Shown: one piece after another, positions 25,289-32,000 of the stretch
How the letters are laid out: every line of letters starts with the position of its first letter
How positions within the stretch are numbered: the stretch's first letter is position 1
Origin: Ktedonobacterales bacterium
GTDB lineage: Bacteria; Chloroflexota; Ktedonobacteria; Ktedonobacterales; JADMIN01
NCBI GenBank assembly: GCA_030167145.1
Contig: CP126532.1
Span: forward strand, 1,740,001-1,772,000
Direction of reading: 5' to 3'
DNA length: 32,000 nucleotides
The notes under the pieces: generated by a model
Databases searched by the model: none
The model's input: the letters and a program-made list of their open reading frames with translations, nothing else
Told to the model about the DNA's origin: nothing
Translations under genes and position numbers: made by a program

Positions 25289-26248
25289 GTGGATACCGCC
25301 GTTTCCTGCCGTGGCCTCACCAAGCGCTACGGCGACGTACTCGCGCTGGATGCCCTCACGCTCGACGTGCCCGTCGGCGCGGTCTACGGCATCCTCGGCC
25401 CCAACGGCGCAGGCAAGACAACGCTGCTGCGCCTGCTCACCGGCCTCGCGCACCCCACCGCTGGCGAGGCGACCGTCGCCGGGCTGAGCGTCACCGCGCA
25501 GGCGCCCGCCGTCCACCAGCGCATCAGCTTCCTCGATCAATCGCCGCAATATTACTCCTGGATGCGCGGGCGCGAACTCATCACCTTTGTCGGCGAACTC
25601 TTCGGGTTGCGCGGCGCGGAACTGCGCACCCGCGTAGACGAAGCGCTGACCCTCACCGGCCTCGCCAGCGCGGCCAACCGCCGTATTAGCGGCTACTCCG
25701 GCGGCATGCGCCAGCGACTCGGCCTCGCCCAGGCGCTCGTCAACCGCCCCGAAGTGCTCTTCCTCGATGAACCCGCCAGCTCGCTCGATCCAGCCGGTCG
25801 CCACGAAATACTGGCGGCCATTGCCAGCATGCGCGGCGCGGCCACAGTCTGCATGTCCACGCACATCCTGGCCGATGTCGAGCGCATCTGCGACACCGTT
25901 GCCATCCTGAATCACGGGCGCCTCCTCGTCTCCGCGTCTGTGGCCGAGCTACAAGAACGCTACGCACAGCCCGCCTTCGAGCTAGAGCTTGACCCCGGCC
26001 AGGGCGACGCCGCCGAGCAGTTCATCGCCGCCGTGCGTGCGTCGCGCTGGGCAGCCGACGTGGTCCGCACCGCGGACATCGTGCGCGTCGTCGCCAGCGA
26101 TGCCGCCGCTGCCGGTCGCGAAATCCTTCCGCTCGTCGCCGCGCACGGCATCCAGGTGCAGCGCTTCGAGCGCCTCCGCCCCAGCCTCGAAGACATCTTC
26201 CTCCGTCTCACCGCCGCGTCAACATCCGAGAAAGTGCAGGCATCCTGA
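25289..26248 (+). CDS. ABC transporter ATP-binding protein
   Basis: Walker A GPNGAGKTT, signature YSGGMRQRL, Walker B VLFLDEPASSLD. The GTG at 25289 is preceded by AGGAAGGA. The longer ATG start would overlap the PLDc_N gene. Confidence 0.9.
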   Translation: MDTAVSCRGLTKRYGDVLALDALTLDVPVGAVYGILGPNGAGKTTLLRLLTGLAHPTAGEATVAGLSVTAQAPAVHQRISFLDQSPQYYSWMRGRELITFVGELFGLRGAELRTRVDEALTLTGLASAANRRISGYSGGMRQRLGLAQALVNRPEVLFLDEPASSLDPAGRHEILAAIASMRGAATVCMSTHILADVERICDTVAILNHGRLLVSASVAELQERYAQPAFELELDPGQGDAAEQFIAAVRASRWAADVVRTADIVRVVASDAAAAGREILPLVAAHGIQVQRFERLRPSLEDIFLRLTAASTSEKVQAS

Positions 26249-27027
26249 TGGACGGCTTCTCGATATTCCTGCGGAAAGAACTGCGCGAAAGCCTGCGCAC
26301 CAACCGCCTGCTGGTCGTCGTGGCGATCTTCGCCATCCTGGGGATCATCTCGCCGCTCGCCGCAAAGTACACCCCAGAGCTACTCAAGACACTTGGCACC
26401 GGTAGCGGCGGCGTCACCATCATTCTGCCCACACCCACCGCGAAAGACGCCATCGCCCAGTTCATCAAGAATGTCGCCGGCACCGGCATCTTCGTGGCCA
26501 TTCTGCTGCCCATGGGGCTGGTCGCCCGCGAAAAGGAGCGCGGCACCGCCGCCTTCGTGCTCACCAAGCCCCTGACGCGCCCCGCCTTCCTCACGGCCAA
26601 ACTCCTCGCGCTGGGGCTGACCCTCACCGTCGGCGTAGCAGTTGCCGCCTTCGCCACGTACTGGTACACCGCGCTGCTCTTCACGCCGATCCCGTTTGGT
26701 GGCTTCCTCGCCGCGACCCTGCTGGTGCTGCTCTCGCTGCTAGTCTACGCCTCGTTCACCTTCCTCGGCAGCACGCTGATGAGCGCGCAACTGCCAGCGG
26801 CGGGCATCGGCCTGGCGGCGTGGCTCGTCATCTCGCTGCTCGCCATCTTCCCAGACATCGCGCAATTCACACCCGCCGGTCTGCTCACTCCCGCCACGCA
26901 GGTGGCCCTTGGCCTCGCCCCACAGCACCTCTGGGTCTCGATTGCCGCCAGCGTCGCCGTGCTCGTCGTCGTGCTGCTCCTCGCCTGGCTCAGCTTCCGC
27001 GGCCAAGAACTCGCCACCAATGCATAA
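26248..27027 (+). CDS. ABC-2 family transporter permease
   Basis: 259 aa with six hydrophobic helices. The start overlaps the ATPase stop (TGATG). Confidence 0.8.
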   Translation: MDGFSIFLRKELRESLRTNRLLVVVAIFAILGIISPLAAKYTPELLKTLGTGSGGVTIILPTPTAKDAIAQFIKNVAGTGIFVAILLPMGLVAREKERGTAAFVLTKPLTRPAFLTAKLLALGLTLTVGVAVAAFATYWYTALLFTPIPFGGFLAATLLVLLSLLVYASFTFLGSTLMSAQLPAAGIGLAAWLVISLLAIFPDIAQFTPAGLLTPATQVALGLAPQHLWVSIAASVAVLVVVLLLAWLSFRGQELATNA

Positions 27028-27093
27028 CCATCGCGTAGGCCAACACCGCCAGCGTGCCCCATCGGCCATCTGTGGACACGTGTGGACGCCGAT

Positions 27094-28146
27094 TTACCCG
27101 GCGCTCGCCACCGGCCGTATCTCCTGCGGACGCTCATCCGTCCGCGCGGCGATAGGGCGCGGCGCCAGCTCGCGCAGATACCACGCCGACGCCAGCCGCA
27201 CCCCCTCCGTCAGCGCCACCTGCGGCGCGTAGCCCAGTTCTTCGCGCGCCCGCGCAATCGAGTGGCGATTGTCAGTGCCGAAGAGCTTGACGCCCAGCCG
27301 TGTCAGGACCGGCTGGCGCCGCGCGTGCGTCAGTTGCGCGGTCCGCTCTGCCGCCGCGCCAGCGGCGTAGAGCGCGGCATACGGCGCATGCAGGCGCGGC
27401 GGCGGAGCATGGATCTCCTGCGCGATGGCCCGCAAGAACAACTCCTGCGTCAGCGGCTCATCGTTGGTGATGTTGTAGGCCCGCCCCACCGCGTTCGGAT
27501 GTTCCGCCGCCAACAGCAGCCCCTGCACCACATCGGTCACATACACGAACGGCAAAGCGTTGCGCCCAGAGCCGACGATCAGCCCCGTGCCGCCGCGCAC
27601 CCGGTCGGCCATCCGCGCGAAGTGCAGCCGGTCGCCCGGACCGAAGAACGTGCCAGGGCGGATGATGACGGCGGGCAGCCGGTCACGCGCGATCAGCCGC
27701 TGCACCACCTTATCGCCCTCCGCCTTGGTCAGCGCATATGGCTCATGAAACGGATCGAAGGGGAAATCCTCACGCGCCGGCAAACCCAGATCCATGCCAT
27801 AGACCGTCCACGAGCTGATATGCACGATACGCCGCACGCCCTCATCCAGCGCCGCCTCGCACACATTGCGCGTCCCCGTCACATTAACCGCATAATACTC
27901 GCGTAGCGGACGCCACAGCCCCATCATCCCCGCCAGATGAAAGACCGTATCCACCTTCCGCATCGCCGCAACCAGCGTCTCCGGCTGCCGCACATCCCCG
28001 CGCACAATCGCCACACGCCGCGCTTCCAGGCGGCTGGCATCCTCCTCCGGCAGCACCAGCGCGCGAATCGTGTGCCCGCGCTCTTGCAGCGCGGCGATCA
28101 GATGGCTGCCCAGCAACCCCGACGCCCCAGTAATCAAGACCTGCAT
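27094..28146 (-). CDS. NAD-dependent epimerase/dehydratase family protein (extended SDR)
   Basis: MQVLITGASGLLGSHL Rossmann motif, Y-x3-K in YALTKAEGDK, and IRPGTFFGPGD. The ATG at 28146 has AAGGGAG upstream. Confidence 0.88.
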   Translation of the reverse strand: MQVLITGASGLLGSHLIAALQERGHTIRALVLPEEDASRLEARRVAIVRGDVRQPETLVAAMRKVDTVFHLAGMMGLWRPLREYYAVNVTGTRNVCEAALDEGVRRIVHISSWTVYGMDLGLPAREDFPFDPFHEPYALTKAEGDKVVQRLIARDRLPAVIIRPGTFFGPGDRLHFARMADRVRGGTGLIVGSGRNALPFVYVTDVVQGLLLAAEHPNAVGRAYNITNDEPLTQELFLRAIAQEIHAPPPRLHAPYAALYAAGAAAERTAQLTHARRQPVLTRLGVKLFGTDNRHSIARAREELGYAPQVALTEGVRLASAWYLRELAPRPIAARTDERPQEIRPVASAG

Positions 28147-28175
28147 GACGTATACTCCCTTCTTCACGTGCTCCA

Positions 28176-29204
28176 CTAAACGGCGGGCCGCACAGCCGAC
28201 GCGCTGGCGGGAAGGACGGTGGGTTGCGTGGCGCGATACCAGGCGACGCTGCGCTGAACGCCCTCCGCCAGATCCACCTCTGGCACGAAGCCCAGCTCGC
28301 GCCGCGCCTTGGCGATGATGAAGCGATTCTCCCCGCCCGCCAGTTGCAGGCCATAGCGCATCAGCGGTGGCGGCTGCTTCCGCCCCGTCACATGCCCCAC
28401 GAACTCAGCCGCCGCCCCCAGCGCCAGCGCGGGCCGGTAGGGGATGTGCCGCGTCGGCGGCGCGACACCCAACTCCGCCGCAATCGTCTCGTAATACACC
28501 CGCTGCGTCACCGGCTCATCGTTCACCAGCAGATACGCCTGCCCCACCACTCCTGGCGTCTCGCTCGCCAGCACCACGCCCCGCGCCACATCGCTCACAT
28601 AGATCAGCGGCACAGAATTCTCGCCAGAGCCGATAATCACCATCTTGCCCTCTTCGATCAGCGCCGCGAAGCGCGCAAAGCTGGCGCGGTCGCGTGGACC
28701 ATAGATCCAGCCAGGCCGCACGATCACCACCGGCGCGCGTTGCTCGCGAATCATCCCTTGCAGCAGCCGCTCCCCCGCCACCTTCGACCGGCTATACGGA
28801 TTCGGCTCGTCATGAAACGGGCTGTATTCATCCGCCGGGCCGCGCACATCGTTGCCATGCACGGTAATCGAACTCACATGCACGATCCGCGCGACGCCCG
28901 CAGCCTGAGCCAGCTCCACCAGCGCCCGCGTGCCGCGCACATTGGCGATCTCGTATTCCGCCGCTGGCCCCCACGGCCCCGTCCGCGCCGCGCAATGCAA
29001 CATGCGCCCAACCCCGCGCACCGCCTCCGCCAGCGAAGCATGGTCGCCCATATCGCCCCGACACACCTCCACGTCACGCCAGCCGAAGCGCGTCAGGTCA
29101 TCTCCCGGCCGCACCAGCGCACGCACCGGCTCGCCGCGCGCCACCAGCAGATCCACCACGGCGCTGCCGAGCAATCCGCTCGCCCCCGTGACCAGTGTCA
29201 TCAT
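28176..29204 (-). CDS. NAD-dependent epimerase/dehydratase family protein (extended SDR), tandem paralogue
   Basis: MMTLVTGASGLLGSAV, Y-x3-K in YSRSKVAGER, and VRPGWIYGPRD. It is collinear with the downstream paralogue along its length. GGAGG lies 7 nt upstream of the ATG at 29204. Confidence 0.88.
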   Translation of the reverse strand: MMTLVTGASGLLGSAVVDLLVARGEPVRALVRPGDDLTRFGWRDVEVCRGDMGDHASLAEAVRGVGRMLHCAARTGPWGPAAEYEIANVRGTRALVELAQAAGVARIVHVSSITVHGNDVRGPADEYSPFHDEPNPYSRSKVAGERLLQGMIREQRAPVVIVRPGWIYGPRDRASFARFAALIEEGKMVIIGSGENSVPLIYVSDVARGVVLASETPGVVGQAYLLVNDEPVTQRVYYETIAAELGVAPPTRHIPYRPALALGAAAEFVGHVTGRKQPPPLMRYGLQLAGGENRFIIAKARRELGFVPEVDLAEGVQRSVAWYRATQPTVLPASASAVRPAV

Positions 29205-29625
29205 ACGATTGCCTCCATACGCATCCATCATACGCCTCCATTGCGCGTCAACCATGCATCAGCCGCGCACCTGCCTTCCGTGCATCCATCCTACGCACAG
29301 CGCGGCCCGCCCCCCGCGCGCAAAGGTATCGCTCCCGCCCGCCAATCGTATCGTCTCCGGGGGGTGCGCAGCCTTGCGCGCAGCGCGTGCGGCGCTCAGA
29401 ATGATGGAGTGCGATCACGACGCGCGAGGAGTGATGAGGAGTGATAACGATGGCCGACCCGAAGAGCCACGCGGGCTATGTGGATACAGACTATCTGGCG
29501 CTGGCGGCGGAATTGGCCCAACGGGATAAGCACGCACCTACGCGGCAATGCGCGTGGAGCCGGAGATGCGCATGCAGGTGGCGGGGCGGAAAGTGTCGTA
29601 ACCCTCCACCCCACCGTGCATGCTG

Positions 29626-31095
29626 TCATACCAGCGCCGCGCAGACGATATACATCGTCACAGATTGGCTGCTCGTGGTGTAATTGGTTCCTTGCGTTCT
29701 CCAATGGTCTGCCTGGACTTCCGAGAGGTCGAGCGGTTCATCTTCGAAGAAGCTGGCGCCAAAACCACCCACCAGACTCGTGAATGCGTAACCGCCACCC
29801 GTGACCAGCGGCAACGCAGCGGGGCATTGCAGATCCCCACCCCCAACACCTTTGCTACTCGTACTGGAGTCGTACGCAGTAAGATTGTAGACGCTGCTGA
29901 GAGCTGGTTCCGGTGCATTCAGGTGTTGTGTCGCGCAGAGCGCGTAGCTGGTGATCGTCAACTCCGCGCCTGACGAGGGCGCCATCCTCGTGGCTGCTCT
30001 GGGCATGCCCGGCGGGGGCGGTGGGGGTGGATTATAGACTGATGCGACCCACTTGCCCTGTCCAGGCGCCGAGGATTGCATGATCGGGCTGACCGTCGGA
30101 TCAGCCGGTGCGCCAGTCAGCACATAGCCGCCACCAGTAACGACCCCGCCAGCCGGGCAAATTGCATCCGCCTCACCAACCTGGCTGGTATCAACGGCTA
30201 TATCTTGGCTTGTGGCAAGCGTCTCGCCAACAGATGTGTTGGTAGAAGATTGCAGGCACGTCGCATTTGCGAACACAAACACTGACGGCGGTGTCACTGA
30301 GCCAAACCCAAGCGACTGATTTTCCACGATGACAGTCCACACAGGCTGGCCACTACTATCCTGAACGCTAGGATAATTGGCAGTGAGCTGATAGTTGGCT
30401 CCCTCATCATTGTTGATGTAATATCCACCACCAAGCATCTGCTCTCCCGGCTGGCAACTGATCTGTGAATTGCCGGTTTCGCCGCCATTGATCATCGTGC
30501 CTGTAGCGACAGCGCGCCGTATCACTTTGCCAGTTGGGATAGGCGTCGGCGTCGGCGTGATCGTCGGGCTGGGTGTTGCGGTGAAAGTTGCGGTAGCTTC
30601 CCCACGCGTAGTACGAGGAGGCCCAAACGATAGATGTGGCCCGAACGCCAGAACCGTCACCGTTGTCAGCAGCAAGAGGAAAGCCGCAATGCCAATCGCT
30701 GTCGTCGCGCGGCGGGCTGGCGAACGCGGACGGACTGGAATACGGCGCGCATGGCGGTTGGTCACGGTGAAGGTCGCGCCGTCTATGCGCTCCTCAATCG
30801 CGACTTTGAAATCCTGATCCACGTCGCGAGTCAGATAGCTGGGCTGGCCTGTCTCCGAGAAACGCCACTCCAGTGTAAGCTGCTTCCTCGGCTGACTCGT
30901 TTGTCCCGTGCCAACGCTCACGTTCTCGCCTTCCGGCGCCACACCATAGGTGACGGTGCCGGTGTCGTCGGCTTGCCAGAAGACCAGGGAGTTCGGCTGA
31001 ATGGTTTCGGGTGGCTCGATAGTGTAGGCAACACCCGTATGAATGACACGCTGTAATGGGTCGCGCAGTTGGTTGTCAAGCTGGATTCTCGCCAT
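29626..31095 (-). CDS. single-pass membrane protein: beta-rich cytoplasmic N-domain, TM, Thr/Pro linker, three Cys-bracketed GGGY repeats
   Basis: GAGGAGG lies upstream of tandem ATGs (31098/31095). The TM helix is AIGIAAFLLLLTTVTVLAF. The linker is TATPSPTITPTPTPIPTG. The three roughly 100-aa repeats each have C-x-x-G-x(3-5)-GGGY ... C: SCQPGEQMLGGGYY...ANATC, ICPAGGVVTGGGYV...YALC and QCPAALPLVTGGGYA...YIVC. No family was recognised. GC is low (32/60 in line 30301-30360). Confidence 0.7.
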   Translation of the reverse strand: MARIQLDNQLRDPLQRVIHTGVAYTIEPPETIQPNSLVFWQADDTGTVTYGVAPEGENVSVGTGQTSQPRKQLTLEWRFSETGQPSYLTRDVDQDFKVAIEERIDGATFTVTNRHARRIPVRPRSPARRATTAIGIAAFLLLLTTVTVLAFGPHLSFGPPRTTRGEATATFTATPSPTITPTPTPIPTGKVIRRAVATGTMINGGETGNSQISCQPGEQMLGGGYYINNDEGANYQLTANYPSVQDSSGQPVWTVIVENQSLGFGSVTPPSVFVFANATCLQSSTNTSVGETLATSQDIAVDTSQVGEADAICPAGGVVTGGGYVLTGAPADPTVSPIMQSSAPGQGKWVASVYNPPPPPPPGMPRAATRMAPSSGAELTITSYALCATQHLNAPEPALSSVYNLTAYDSSTSSKGVGGGDLQCPAALPLVTGGGYAFTSLVGGFGASFFEDEPLDLSEVQADHWRTQGTNYTTSSQSVTMYIVCAALV

Positions 31096-31278
31096 CATCG
31101 CCTCCTCTTGCTGGCCGCACGCGCTAGCGGCAGCCTCGGCTCAGCGGAATACACGATACAGGCCGGTAGAATACCTGGGGCGCGGGGAAAAGTCCTGTGG
31201 CAGGCCACGCTGTATCTGGCTGCGTATCTGGCTACGGCATCCCCACCAGCAGGCTATACCTGGATAAGAACCAGGAAG

Positions 31279-31905
31279 CTAGCGATTCAGCAGGTGCTTG
31301 ACGAAATCGGAGATGATTGGGATGTTCACCCAGGTCGAGGCGGCGAAAAGCGCCGCTACCAGGGCAATCACGCCGGTCACGAACCCCACCACCCGGCGCG
31401 TGGCGTTCCGCATAGAACCCCATGCGCTACGCCGGCTGGGAATGGGCACGTAGCGCGAAACATCCTGCATCACCACCTGCATATCCCTGTTGAAATCAGG
31501 GTCCGGGCGCACAGGGCGGGCATTCTGAAAGACGATCTGGCGCAGGCTGGGAGGAAGTTCACCCACTTTCGGAATCAGCGCGCCCTGCACCATCACCGGA
31601 AGGATGGGAATGCGTTTGGCGATAGCAGTTTCCACTTCCAGCCGTACCATGTCGTTGGGGTCGTCCAGACGTCTGCGCCCTTGATAGTCGGTGATTGTCA
31701 CCCACTGTGGACCAATCACCACCAGCAGAACACTGCACTGCTTCAACGCACCCTCAATAGAGGTGCGAAAATCCGCTGCGCCTGGAATTGTGTCAAGGTC
31801 GCGAAAGACTTGCCGCACGCCAAAAACAGACTTCAGGTACTCATAGATGCGGTCGCAGGTTAGCTGGGAATCGTCGCGCCGGTAGGAAATGAAGATCCTG
31901 CTCAT
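31279..31905 (-). CDS. TIR-domain protein with C-terminal transmembrane anchor
   Basis: MSRIFISYRRDDSQLTCDRIYEYL...CSVLLVVIGPQWVTITDYQGRRRLDDPNDMVRLEVETAIAKRIPILPVMVQGALIP is a classic TIR_2 domain with the conserved Glu (RLEVE). The C-terminal helix is VVGFVTGVIALVAALFAASTWV. The ATG at 31905 is preceded by GGGGAGGTGG. Confidence 0.85.
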   Translation of the reverse strand: MSRIFISYRRDDSQLTCDRIYEYLKSVFGVRQVFRDLDTIPGAADFRTSIEGALKQCSVLLVVIGPQWVTITDYQGRRRLDDPNDMVRLEVETAIAKRIPILPVMVQGALIPKVGELPPSLRQIVFQNARPVRPDPDFNRDMQVVMQDVSRYVPIPSRRSAWGSMRNATRRVVGFVTGVIALVAALFAASTWVNIPIISDFVKHLLNR

Positions 31906-32000
31906 TGGCCACCTCCCCGAGCACGTGTCTCGTAGAGTGATATAACCAACTACTCGCTGCATTCGACTTCCCGTGAATATATGTCGAGATAAGGCTCTGC

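Noticed and set aside
28224-29444. 406-aa plus-strand ORF, together with similar long ORFs at 20477..21619 (+), 15949..17133 (-), 11380..12234 (+), 3063..3926 (+) and 597..1334 (+)
   Set aside because: All are antisense shadows of genes with strong motif support (epimerase, aminotransferase, transposase, cytidylate-kinase-like, dnaG and rpoD). All are Arg/His/Pro-rich with low-complexity translations.
31069-31863. 264-aa plus-strand ORF opposite the second TIR gene
   Set aside because: The minus-strand frame encodes a textbook TIR_2 domain with a strong SD. The plus-strand translation has no motif and an atypical composition.

Overview
High-GC bacterial chromosomal window. Sampled 60-nt lines in core genes are about 70-77% GC. 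It mixes housekeeping genes with several lower-GC accessory insertions (about 50-53% GC in sampled lines). Core content: the dnaG-rpoD macromolecular-synthesis pair, a CoxG-like SRPBCC protein, two ABC-2 type exporter operons (one with an ArsR-like regulator and a PLDc_N mini-protein), three SDR/epimerase-type reductases plus a fourth SDR, a DUF711/UPF0210 protein, an MFS transporter, an RNase Z-like MBL hydrolase, an O-methyltransferase, phosphopentomutase (deoB) and a class-III aminotransferase. Accessory content and main hunt results: (1) A TIR-domain protein is translationally coupled (GTGA overlap) to a RelE/ParE-like toxin. The TIR protein occupies the position normally held by the antitoxin. 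The pair is driven by a near-consensus promoter overlapped by a perfect 19-bp palindrome. (2) Immediately downstream is a sequence that closely matches the guanidine-III (ykkC-III) riboswitch pseudoknot. It precedes a 3-TM, 88-aa membrane protein that is not an SMR/Gdx exporter. (3) A DUF433/DUF5615 toxin-antitoxin-like pair. (4) An apparently intact IS481-family element with TGT...ACA inverted repeats and a 5-bp target duplication, inserted into a receiver-domain-like gene remnant. (5) An 18-bp tandem array (8 full copies plus 1 partial) filling a divergent promoter region, seeded by a GGGCGTCC-N3-GGACGCCC palindrome that recurs elsewhere. (6) Two copies of a 79-bp hairpin element that overlap the stop codons of minus-strand genes. 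(7) At the right edge, a low-GC block encodes a second TIR protein with a C-terminal membrane anchor, followed by a 489-aa single-pass membrane protein with three Cys-bracketed GGGY repeats. No rRNA, tRNA or CRISPR arrays were seen. All family assignments rest on motif recognition by eye; no database search was run.
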